This document shows, one piece after another, positions 45,254 to 54,870 of a stretch of 64,000 nt of DNA. Location of the stretch: the IMG/VR virus record IMGVR_UViG_3300027278_000001, positions 20,058-84,057 of that record. One strand, written 5' to 3'. The notes beneath the pieces were generated by a model. It was not told the origin of the DNA. It saw only the letters and a program-made list of their open reading frames with translations, and did no database searches. This DNA is from a virus (Duplodnaviria > Caudoviricetes). The stretch's first letter is position 1. The number at the start of each line of letters is the position of its first letter. Both the position numbers and the translations under genes were made by a program.

Positions 45254-45995
45254 TGCAAACCTCCCTCTCTCTGTTCCATCACAAACTCTATTAGATCACT
45301 CAAGTCGTTGCTGCAAGCCATGGCTGCCATATCCACTGATTCGCGGTAGCGAGCATATTCAGCACTATGGAGAATGGCATCCATCTTATAAAATTCAAGA
45401 GGATCAATTCTCAAAAAGAGTTCCTGTTGAAACTTGTATTGGACTCTCTCCCAACTGCATTGCTTCAAAGCCTCTGTGATGTTTTCATCATCACGGTATA
45501 ACTGTAGAAGTGTATTTTTTAGTAAATCTTTCATTGCAACTGACCCGTTGCTGCAAGATACCGGCTCAAAAGTAGATTACGATCCCGACCTGTTCCGACA
45601 ACCGGTTTGACACTGGATTTGAAGGTTTCCCAATCTTGCTCAGCCAACTCTTCCTTAGTAAATTCAGGCTTCAGAAACATAGTTCCTTTCACAATCTTCA
45701 TACCAGTGCTGTCCCATTGCAAGCTATTCAAGTCAAACTTAGCCCCTTGTGCGACGCATGAGCACACTTGATTCAAGAATGCTTGACTATTGTAATCCAT
45801 CACTGTCAGCTCACCAAGATCAATCTTGTCAAACTCTTTCTCTTCATCCTTATAGAGAACAATCTCCTTGAGGATACCGTCAGATACGTGACCAGCATTG
45901 GTGTTCTCTACAAAATAGCCATTCTGCACAGCAGTGATGAACTCTTGCATGAACAGGACAGGGTTTGTTTCGACGATGTTGATTGTCTCAGTCAT
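45250..45995 (-). CDS. two hypothetical proteins (45250-45534; 45531-45995 with possible C-terminal HeH/Rho-N-like motif)
   Basis: Coupled ORFs; C-terminus FTKEELAEQDWETFK...GRDRNLLL. Confidence 0.5.
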
Positions 45996-46513
45996 TTAGA
46001 AATCTCCTCAAAGACGATTTGGGTGGGAAGCATTTTGCTGCACAGATAGACACTAGAGAATGGTGGATTCAAGGACGGTTTTTGTTCTGAGTAATCCTTA
46101 AAGTAGGCTACGCGCTTGTTCAAATACATAATTTCAAACACATTATTTTTGAACATTTGAAACCGCTTTTGACTTTCAAACAACCCAACCACACCAACAA
46201 GCATTGCAAAAGGCTTTCCTAATTTAAAAAGCCTATCAAAGACTTCTGCCTTTATGGAATATGGAGGATTTGACACTATGTAATCATAACCCTCTGGCTC
46301 AAAATCAAAGAAGTCTTGCCCTGTGGATAGGTGTGTGCATATAACCTCAACACCTGATGAGCGAAGCTCTTTTACAAAAATGGATTCCTCTGTATCAAAT
46401 GGACACCACACAATAGAACCACTTTGGATATATTTCAAAATCGGTGTAACGGCATACCGTGGTGTGTAAAACTCGTCGTTTCCACTCCCAGCAACTTTAT
46501 CCATCTTCATCAT
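45992..46513 (-). CDS. small phage N6-adenine DNA methyltransferase-like protein
   Basis: DEFYTP, VWCPFD, GQDFF and motif IV SNPPYS. Confidence 0.75.
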   Translation of the reverse strand: MMKMDKVAGSGNDEFYTPRYAVTPILKYIQSGSIVWCPFDTEESIFVKELRSSGVEVICTHLSTGQDFFDFEPEGYDYIVSNPPYSIKAEVFDRLFKLGKPFAMLVGVVGLFESQKRFQMFKNNVFEIMYLNKRVAYFKDYSEQKPSLNPPFSSVYLCSKMLPTQIVFEEISK

Positions 46514-47453
46514 TTCTTCCCTCGTGGTTTACGTGTACGTTTGATTGTAGTGGCTACCGCCTCAACTTGCAAATCTTTCTGCCGATTCTCCTCAGCCTTC
46601 CCAACAAGCTCATCAATCCGGTGCATAAGCTCTTGTGGAAATGGAACAAGGCAGCTTCCTAGAAAATCTACCAAGTCCAAAACATTCTCCTTCTCTTCAC
46701 CCGTTACACTATTCAACCGAGCAATATATGCACGATCAGTGCCTTGTTCAAGGGAAGCCCGAAAGAATCCATTTACATAACTTGTCTTATTACAAATACC
46801 AAATCCTAGTTTCATATTCTGTTTCAAGCTGACTACGAATGATGGCCAGTTCGATGCGCATACGACTAATTGCTTGCTCATTTTATTTCTCCTTATATTT
46901 CTGCCAGATAGCCACTATAACAAGCAGAGGCCACCCAAGACTAGCCATTACGATGCAAACCTTAACGAACGTGGGTGAAAAGCTGTCAAGGTCATTTGAT
47001 GTATCCTTCTTATATTCCTCAGTGATTCCCCATGTAAAGACAGCACCTATGATACAGTATGCAAGGATTAGGACTGTTGCAATCATTTTGTCTCCTCCAG
47101 TTTCTTAACACTGACAACATAGAATTCTTGTGTAGTGGAGTCATACAACGTAATACTTTGTACACCACTGTCTTCAACTACAATTACGTGGACTTGTTTG
47201 CCGTGTAATTCTTTCCAATTGAAGGTGGTTGCATCTTCCCATCTAATTTCACATTCTACGTCACTCATTTCTTCTCTCCTTTCAATATTTCTATCATCTT
47301 CTCTACATCTACCCCTTTAAGGTACATGCTCATTATTGTAGAGGCTTGCGATTGTGTCAAGCAATTTATTCCAAGAGACTTCTTGATTTCTGTGATGACG
47401 TATTGCCAGCTTCCTTTGTGGTATGGGTACTCTTTCATTCCTCCACCTCCCAA
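46510..47453 (-). CDS. four small hypothetical proteins (46510-46881, 46883-47086 membrane, 47083-47268, 47265-47453)
   Basis: ATGA-coupled ORFs. Confidence 0.55.
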
Positions 47454-47637
47454 GTTTCAACCCAATACATACGACCTTGAGTGCAGCAGTCATCCATCTC
47501 CTCAACATAGTCATCAGCACGGTCTTCATTGGTTGTGATGAATTCAATCTCTACTTCCTTTACATTCTGACCCCTGTGTGACATTACTATATAAACATTC
47601 ATCTCATCCTCCTATGGATTTGCTTAATGTGGCTACC

Positions 47638-47736
47638 ATTCTACAGCAATATTTCTGAGAGTCAAGAGGTATGGAGAAGATTCTTGTAAATTATTTTCTG
47701 ATGAGGGGTTGACAGAGGTGGGAATGGGTGTAGAAT
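47638..47736. promoter_or_regulatory. divergent sigma70-like promoter pair
   Basis: Minus: TTGACT-16-TAGAAT (47638-47665); plus: TTGACA-16-TAGAAT (47709-47736). Confidence 0.65.
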
Positions 47737-47811
47737 GGTTGGCATTCGGAGAGATTTCTCTCCATTTCTAGTTTTGTTCCCATATAGGGAGTTATGTTGT
47801 GAGGAGGGTAT

Positions 47812-49143
47812 GTGAGGTGTAAGGTAAGAGATTTAAGTCCTGTAGATATGTATAATCTTATGCTTACCTCTACAAAGGCTAAGCCATTCAGGGAACCAAA
47901 TGAAGCATACAACAGTTTGGTTGAGTCCTACACAGCTTTAATAGGTTCAAGGAGCTTCAACGCTGTTGAGTGGTTCTTCACCAATGTGAACAGAGCTGTA
48001 AGAAACAAGTACAGTGGTATGAAGGTGAGACTGAAACAGGAATATTGGTCTGGTAACGCTTGCGGAATTGGGGGTAAGAAGGTCAGGGATGTTCTGGATT
48101 GGTTTGAATACAATGGGTACATCACAGTGTATATGGGCAGTCATGACTATCGTGCAGAGTGGAAGTCATACCCGACAATTGTGAAGTTCAATGAAAAACT
48201 GCTTGACATGCTAGACATGGAGAAGGTAGTATTACACATTCCAGAAGAAAGACTGGAATCAACTGTCATCGTCAAAGACAGATTGACAAAAGAGGAGATG
48301 ATTTTGGAAAAGACACAGACTGTACAAGAGATGGAAAAGGAAGTGACCAAATACAATGAGTCATTCAAAGACGTACTAATCGAGTTTAATGGTGAGGAAG
48401 TACCCCTACTTGAGTACAAACGCTCGTTCTCCGGTGATCTATTCAAGGGTGGTAGGCTCTTTGCTCACGGCGGGAGCATCCAACTTCTTCCTGAGAAGTT
48501 CCGTCTAAAGTACCTGACACTTGACAAAGAACCTGTTTGTGAGATTGATTACAAAGCTATACATGCTTGCATTTTGTATGAGGATATGGCACAGAAGGAT
48601 GACAGAATCTACGAACTTGCCAGAAACGGATTTGATCCGTATGCAGCAGACAGGTCTTGTGTCCAGACTGATGACAAGATGATTGCAAAACATATGATCA
48701 AACACGGACTAACCAAATACGACCCTATACGAAGCCTATTCAAGAGTTCTATGATGATGGCTATTAACTGTGATAGTCCAACTAAAGCTCGCCAGAGTAT
48801 CAACCACGAGCTGTACAAAGACTCTCGACTTGATGAATGTGATCGCCGCTACGTAGGACTAATCAGTCCAGACGCAGAGCAAATCTTGGATGTGCTTAGT
48901 GACCATAACGCAATGATCGAAGAACACTTCTACAAAGACTATGGCGTGCTGTTGCAGAACGTAGATAGCAAGATTGCCCTACGGGTGATTGACTATTTGA
49001 TTCAAGAGGGTCATACTTGTCTTGCGTACCATGATTCATTTGCTGTGAAAGAAAGTGTTGCTCCGTTTCTTGAGTTTGCAATGCGCGCGGCATGGAAAGA
49101 CATTCTTGGTGAAAATAAGTTCTGTTTTACAGAGAGGAAATAA
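47812..49143 (+). CDS. minimal family A-related polymerase (TV-Pol-like), no exonuclease domain
   Basis: YKRSF...GGRLF, motif A EIDYKAIH, motif B-like R...K..MMMAIN, QNVDS and motif C YHDSF. Confidence 0.7.
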   Translation: MRCKVRDLSPVDMYNLMLTSTKAKPFREPNEAYNSLVESYTALIGSRSFNAVEWFFTNVNRAVRNKYSGMKVRLKQEYWSGNACGIGGKKVRDVLDWFEYNGYITVYMGSHDYRAEWKSYPTIVKFNEKLLDMLDMEKVVLHIPEERLESTVIVKDRLTKEEMILEKTQTVQEMEKEVTKYNESFKDVLIEFNGEEVPLLEYKRSFSGDLFKGGRLFAHGGSIQLLPEKFRLKYLTLDKEPVCEIDYKAIHACILYEDMAQKDDRIYELARNGFDPYAADRSCVQTDDKMIAKHMIKHGLTKYDPIRSLFKSSMMMAINCDSPTKARQSINHELYKDSRLDECDRRYVGLISPDAEQILDVLSDHNAMIEEHFYKDYGVLLQNVDSKIALRVIDYLIQEGHTCLAYHDSFAVKESVAPFLEFAMRAAWKDILGENKFCFTERK

Positions 49144-50504
49144 TGAAAACAGTATATGTAGTAATGGTTATGGACTCAGTTCCATACAGTGAAGGTAGTT
49201 GGATTTCTTCTATCTTTGACAGTGAACAGAAGGCTTATGAATACCTTTCTATGATGGAGGAACTGGACGTAGAGGGAGAATACTTCTACACAGTCAAGCA
49301 ATGGGAGCTAAAGTAGCTTGTTTAGCTGCCTAAAACAGCGTATATTCAACGATCACCTATCAACCTATGCTACCCTACTGGGTGCATCTAAAGATGCGTA
49401 TAACGATGATTCTGGGCCATTCTAGGAGGAACAACAATGATTCAAGAATATTACAAATCAGAACGAATGAAAGAACTGGAAGCTCATGCACGAAAGCTTG
49501 AGCGTTTCCACGAAATCCGTAGAGTGTCTATGGCAGCAAATATTGTAGATGGTCATCTCATCATTGGTAATCGTCACTTCTGCCCTTTGATGGGAATGCA
49601 GATTGACTTACTTGGTTTGGATGCACGCAAGCATGACATTCGATATGATCAAGGCTTTGTAGACCAATGGGGAATCTATATGTCTCGTGAAGAAGCTTGG
49701 GATGTGGCTAAGGCTCGTGGGCAGATTAAGGAAGTCATTCAAGAGGGTGTATTGTTTTCGGAGTGTTATTTGTGAACCTAGTACAAGATCGTAACGATAT
49801 GCTTGAGCACTTCCTTAAAGGCGGGAAGCCACATGGACTTCTTGAAGACTATCGAGAGAATAGGAATTCAGAGAGTTGGAGAGTCAGTAGGCAAGTGGAG
49901 GAATTGATGGAATTTATTTTGTTTCTTGAGAAAAGATTGGAGGATAAATGAAGTACAAATTCTATGAAACTGAATTCAGTGCATCAGGGGATAATAGGAT
50001 GTGGCCTGAAGAGGTTTTCAATAATACTTTTGTACTCTTCAGAAAAGAGGTTCAGTGGTTATCCGACAACACAGGTAAGGAGTACAACAAGTTCAAGGTG
50101 GATGATATGACATTTGGAGAGCCTGTTGTGTTTTACGATGGTCATTACATAGGATACCTTGATTCTTTGTTCTACTACGCAATGGATGTAGATTGCTTTG
50201 AAGACTGGTGGGGATTTGAAAATTAAGGGTTATATAAATTATTTCAACTTTTCATTAAAATAATTAGGAAAATCTATTGACAGAATCAAGATCATAGGTT
50301 ATTCTACACAAATCAAGACCTAGACAGGAACTAACAATGCAAGAGAAAGAATGTCCTCTCTGTACACCATTGGTTAGTGAATGTGTTTGCCATTTGACAA
50401 CAACCCTCCCCTACTCGGGAGAGAACTTCAAATTTGAATACACTCACGAACGGGATACAGTACCAAATACACAGTTCTGGAGAATCCTTCCAGAGTATGA
50501 ATGA
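49143..50504 (+). CDS. cluster of hypothetical proteins (49143-49316, 49437-49775, 49763-49951, 49948-50226, 50337-50504)
   Basis: Co-oriented ORFs; 50337-50504 (55 aa, Cys-rich) follows TTGACA-17-TATTCT. Confidence 0.5.
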
Positions 50505-50534
50505 CAATATTTGTCACAATATAACAAATAAGGC

Positions 50535-50563
50535 TTGACAAATCTCATTCTATAGTTCATAAT
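50535..50563 (+). promoter_or_regulatory. promoter of terS and probably of the downstream RNA
   Basis: TTGACA-17-CATAAT. Confidence 0.65.
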
Positions 50564-50590
50564 GAGACTGAACTGAAGGAAACAAACATT

Positions 50591-50971
50591 ATGTCAGAAA
50601 AAGTAGACAAGCTTGGTCGCACAGGCAAAGCGATTGGTGGCAGGCCGAAAGGCTCGACTAGTAAGCGATCAGCACGCCAGACTAAACTGAAAGTCTTCTC
50701 AGATTGGTTTGGGCCAGTTGTAGCTAAAGCGATCAATAAAGCTAGCGTCATTTTAGATGAACCTTTGGATAGTAAAGTTGCCACACCACAGGTACAGTTG
50801 GCTGCTGCCAAGCTAGTGATTGAAAAGGCCCACGACCTCGTGAATGAGGTTTATGGTCGCGAGAAAGATCAGCTAGACGATCCTGAAGAAGATGAACAAC
50901 CAAAAGAAGTTGCTCCAACACAAGCACGGTTTAGCACGAAAGTAGTGAGCATCACCAAGAGTGATGATTAA
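50591..50971 (+). CDS. probable terminase small subunit
   Basis: N-terminal GGRPKGS motif, helical core and acidic tail; nearest non-mobile conserved-looking gene upstream of terL. Confidence 0.6.
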   Translation: MSEKVDKLGRTGKAIGGRPKGSTSKRSARQTKLKVFSDWFGPVVAKAINKASVILDEPLDSKVATPQVQLAAAKLVIEKAHDLVNEVYGREKDQLDDPEEDEQPKEVAPTQARFSTKVVSITKSDD

Positions 50972-50974
50972 ACA

Positions 50975-51892
50975 CTGTCCCGTGTCTATGGATGATGGAC
51001 AGAAAGAATTGACGCCAGATAGACCAATGACAGTACACAGCGACCTCGGCAGATAGTGTATGGATTTACTGCACGTAAGGTGAGATGTTGGTTTATTGAA
51101 AGGCTGGACACTACTCAGGGTTGACTTGCGTATTTAGTTACGCTTCGTCTTCCTCCAGCACAGCGTCATCCTAATCAAGCTTCGGCTTGGTGTCCTAGAA
51201 CTTTGCCTAGTTCATGGAAAGCCCATCTGGCGGTGGGTTGTTTTACGGATACTACGTTCATACGAGGCGTAGTACGTTGACGAGTCGCTATGTAAATAGC
51301 AAAAGACCAGCCCGTTCAACCGGGATGCTGTATTTAAGGGCCAACTACGAGAGTGGTACAAGTACAGTAGTTCTACGAAGGTGTGATCGCAACCATAGGC
51401 ATCAATTGGCCTTTGAGCCCTGTTGTACAGGCTAGTGGTATTCTAGCACTTATTATCGACGGGTAATATTTAGTCTCCTGTAAAGGCACTCCCTAGACGG
51501 TAGGGTATTAAGTCGTCCTTGCGGACGCCACAAGAGGAGAGGCTGCTTAGTGTATGCAAGCAGAGAACTAGAGGCCATGGAAGAGTGGGCGCTCTAGTAA
51601 CTATTCAGACATTCCATATGTCTTCACATTCCCTCATATCATAACCAAAACAATTCCTAGGGGAATGCAATTCAAATAAGGTGTAATAAATGGCACTTCT
51701 ATTTCTGCTACAAACTATCTTTCGTAAATACAGCCGCTAAGCTGAGTATAGATAAAATGTTTTCTCCAAGGCGAGCATGTCGCCTGAAGCACGTTGTTTA
51801 CCTCACGTGTTTCTCCTCCTACCGTGAAGTCCGCAGCGGAGCATGCAAGCGGCATTAATTATTTTACAGAGAAGCTTTGAAATAGGCTTCTC
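50975..51892 (+). ncRNA. candidate large ornate non-coding RNA (densely structured core ~50975-51600)
   Basis: About 20 hairpins and long-range helices, UUCG and GNRA tetraloops, G-U pairs consistent with the plus strand, no credible long ORF, no tRNA. Confidence 0.6.
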
Positions 51893-52013
51893 GATAAAGT
51901 GATTGTGTGGTATGTTGTAAACTTAATGAGAGTGAACGGATTTGCAAGTCCTTCTCCCTGCCAACTCAGGTAGATAGCTCTCGCCTATTTAATCTAGTTG
52001 GAGATGTTTAGTT

Positions 52014-53201
52014 TTGAATGCACATGAAAAAGCCGTAGAAAACTTTAAGATAAAGGCGTCTGAAGTTCATAACGATAAGTATGACTACAGTAGAGTAGTC
52101 TATTGTGACCAGAAAACTAAAGTAGAGATAATTTGCCCCGTACACGGAAGCTTCTTTCAGAGGAAGGACTCTCATTGTAAGGGTGCCGGATGTAAGCAAT
52201 GTGTCTATGAAAATGTCCCACCTAAATGTACAATAGAAGATGTTGTTGCAAGGTTCAGAGTAATCCATGGAGATAAATTTGATTACTCTCTAGTAACATC
52301 ATCTAAGTCAATGGACAAAATTGAAATTGTATGCACTGAACATGGTGTTTTCAAACAAACTGTGGCACATCATTTGGTTTCTCGGGGATGCCCTGAATGT
52401 GCCTACGAGTCCATTAGATTACCATTAGCCGATTTTATTGCCAAGAGTCAAGAAGTCCATAATTACAAATACTCTTACGAGAAGATTTCGTTTTACCCAG
52501 GCTATAACTCCAAGGTTGTTATCACTTGTCCCGAACATGGAGACTTTCAGCAATCAGCTGGTCCTCACATGCAAGGTAAAGGTTGTAGGGAGTGTGGTAC
52601 GAAGGTCTCTTTAAGTAAGAGGTACACAGAATTCACCACAGATAATTTTATCAGTAAAGTTAAAGCGGTACATGGGGATAGGTATGACTACTCCTCGACT
52701 GAATATATAAATACTGAAACAAAAGTTAAGATTATATGTAAAACTCATGGTGTATTTGAGCAACGACCTAAGTGCCACGAAGCTGGCAAGGGTTGCGCTA
52801 AGTGCAGGAATGACAACACGACTTACAACTTTATACAAAAGTACAGAGATAATCGAGAGCTTGGTAACAAGGATGGTTTAATATACATTTTGAAAATTAC
52901 AGGAAACGATGAGTCTTTCTTGAAATTAGGCATAACTTCCAATAAATCAGGAAGATTTAAGCGTTACCGAAAACAATTTAAAGATGTAGGTTACTCATAC
53001 GAAATTTTGTTTGAGTCTGCCATGCCTAATTACCAGACTGCAATGCTTGAGAATGAAATCTTTAAGCAGTTGCGAAGGGAGGGGAGTGTCTACAAACCTC
53101 TGTTTGATTTTTCTGGTAAAAGTGAGTGTATAGTTCCTGAGCGCTTTGAGAAGGTGAAGAGTTTAATCCTCAGTCACACCAAGGATAAATATTTTGAATA
53201 A
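52014..53201 (+). mobile_element. free-standing putative homing endonuclease: 4 zinc-ribbon repeats (DUF723-like) plus C-terminal GIY-YIG/T5orf172-like domain
   Basis: Four YDYS...C..HG.F.Q....H..G.GC..C repeats, then LIYILKI...FLKLGIT...R; TTG start; stop overlaps the terL start. Confidence 0.8.
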
Positions 53202-53292
53202 CCAACAAGTAATCTCGCCTGCCTCGGAAAAGCAGGCGGCATTCCTCAAAGCAGTTAACGAAAATGATATCGTTCTGTTTGGAGGCGCGGCT
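53194..53292 (+). CDS. terL: terminase large subunit, exon 1 (33 codons, not in ORF track)
   Basis: AAGGA SD, TTG start, (M)NNQQVISPASEKQAAFLKAVNENDIVLFGGAA, then in-frame TAA at the intron start. Confidence 0.85.
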
Positions 53293-53524
53293 TAATACTA
53301 TGGGTCGCGTAAAACCCCTCTAATTGCTGGAACTCTCAAGTAGACAATCAGCAGCGAAGGCTTATAAGTAAGCAACGTCCAGAGACTATCGAAAAGGCAC
53401 AGAGATGTGTAACTTAGTAGAGTAGGCTGCAAGTGCAGTCGAAACGGGGGGCTTTCTAAGAAAGAAGATATAGTCCGATTCTCTCAGCGATGGGAGGGAA
53501 CTTAACGAGTTCCATAAGATTTTG
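53293..53524 (+). ncRNA. group I self-splicing intron (232 nt, ORF-less, IA2-like)
   Basis: Exon ends in U and intron ends in G; P1 CGCGGCU/GGUCGCG; P (AAUUGCUGG), Q (AAUCAGCAG), R (CAGAGACUA), S (AAGAUAUAGUCC); P7 GACUAU 53384-53389/AUAGUC 53470-53475; P7.1/P7.2 hairpins; P10 UACUAU/GUAGUG. Confidence 0.92.
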
Positions 53525-54862
53525 GGTAGTGGTAAGTCATATCTTGGTGTGATGGCATTTTTACAGTGGGTCACACAACCAGAAATGGCTAAATTTCGCG
53601 GAGTGATCTTGCGAAGAACAATGGTTCAAGTGACTGGCCCTGGCGGGCCAGCAGAAACTGGACAGGAAATATACCAAACATTTGGTGCCAAGTTTCGAGT
53701 TAAAGATAGTAAATTTGTTTTCCCCAACAACTCTACAATCGTTTGTAAGGGTTGTGAGCAAGAGAAGGATAAGCACAACTTCCAAGGTTGGCAAGTAAGT
53801 GCATTTTTGGTTGACGAAGCTCAGCAATTTGAAGAGTCTCAAGTTCTGTACTTTATTTCTCGTATGCGTACTGCCGCCCCTATGAAGCCTGTCATGATGA
53901 TGACAGCAAACCCTGATTATAATTCCTACCTCCGCAAGTGGTTGGAAGATGCAGGGTACTTGGATGAGAAAGGTATTCCTCGTAAAGACCGTGATGGTAA
54001 GCAAATGTGGTTTGTCCGCATTGGTAACAAAATGGAGTGGAAGGAGTCAAGGGAAGAGCTTCTAGAGATATATGGCCCAGATTGTGGCCCAATGTCATTT
54101 TGCTTCCTGCCGGCCAATTGTCACGATAATCCAATTTTGCTTGAGCGTGATCCCTCCTACGTCCATAAACTTATCAACATGCCCCGAGTAGAGATGGAAC
54201 GCCTTTACCTCGGCTCATGGTACGCAAAAGAACTTTCCTCTGGCTTCATGAAGAAAGACTTCTGTAGGCCTGTTAGGTATTATGAACAGGAGTTTGTTTC
54301 TTATTGCAGGGCGTGGGATATCGCCGGTTCTATCCCCTCAGAAACGCTCCCAAATCCTGACTGGACTGCCGGCGTTCTTATAGGCAAGACAAAACAAGGC
54401 CGGTATGTAGTTCTAGACTCTGTGAGGTTCAGAGCACGGTTCGGGGAGGTAATGCAGAAGATTATTGAAACTTGCAAAGACGATCCCCCAGGAACTCAAA
54501 TCATCCTACCACAAGAGCCTGGACAAGCAGGGAAAGCTGCTGGTCAGATGATGATTAAAGAGATTATCGAAGAAGGGTTTTATGCAAGAATGCGCCCCTC
54601 CAATAAGTCCAAGATAATTCGTTTTCAACCTTTCGCTGCTGCTGCTGAAGCCGGTCTTGTAGACTATGTTGAAGGTCCATGGAATGATGATTATTTTGAT
54701 GAGTTGGAGCTTTTTGACGGAAGTCGAAAGAATAAAGATGACCAAGTGGACGCCACATCGGATGCCTTCATCACGCTAGCCCAGAAGTTCCAAATCCCAA
54801 ATTATATGTCTGGACTCCAATCAGCAGACAACCTCCTTAAAACTAACAACCCATTCGCATAG
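53525..54862 (+). CDS. terL: terminase large subunit, exon 2 (spliced product about 478 aa)
   Basis: Splicing restores Walker A GGAAGSGKS; Walker B FLVDEAQ, MTANP, nuclease RAWDIA and DDQVDA. Confidence 0.95.
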   Translation, partial: GSGKSYLGVMAFLQWVTQPEMAKFRGVILRRTMVQVTGPGGPAETGQEIYQTFGAKFRVKDSKFVFPNNSTIVCKGCEQEKDKHNFQGWQVSAFLVDEAQQFEESQVLYFISRMRTAAPMKPVMMMTANPDYNSYLRKWLEDAGYLDEKGIPRKDRDGKQMWFVRIGNKMEWKESREELLEIYGPDCGPMSFCFLPANCHDNPILLERDPSYVHKLINMPRVEMERLYLGSWYAKELSSGFMKKDFCRPVRYYEQEFVSYCRAWDIAGSIPSETLPNPDWTAGVLIGKTKQGRYVVLDSVRFRARFGEVMQKIIETCKDDPPGTQIILPQEPGQAGKAAGQMMIKEIIEEGFYARMRPSNKSKIIRFQPFAAAAEAGLVDYVEGPWNDDYFDELELFDGSRKNKDDQVDATSDAFITLAQKFQIPNYMSGLQSADNLLKTNNPFA

Positions 54863-54870
54863 GAAGAGAT

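Noticed and set aside
51309-51325. CCCG-TTCAAC-CGGG resembling a tRNA T-arm
   Set aside because: The loop is 6 nt and no acceptor stem, D-arm or anticodon arm could be built; no canonical tRNA was found anywhere in the window.
51214-51435. 73-aa plus-strand ORF inside the hairpin-rich region
   Set aside because: No SD upstream, no recognisable motif, and it runs through dense RNA helices; likely incidental.
51869-51892. GAGAAGC/GCTTCTC hairpin as an intrinsic terminator
   Set aside because: No U-tract follows on either strand; kept only as part of the structured region.
53522-53524. TTG start assigned to TerL by the ORF track
   Set aside because: It is the last three bases of the intron; starting there would truncate Walker A, and there is no SD.
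53386-53574. 62-aa minus-strand ORF overlapping the intron
   Set aside because: Antisense to the intron core and too short to be an intron-encoded endonuclease.
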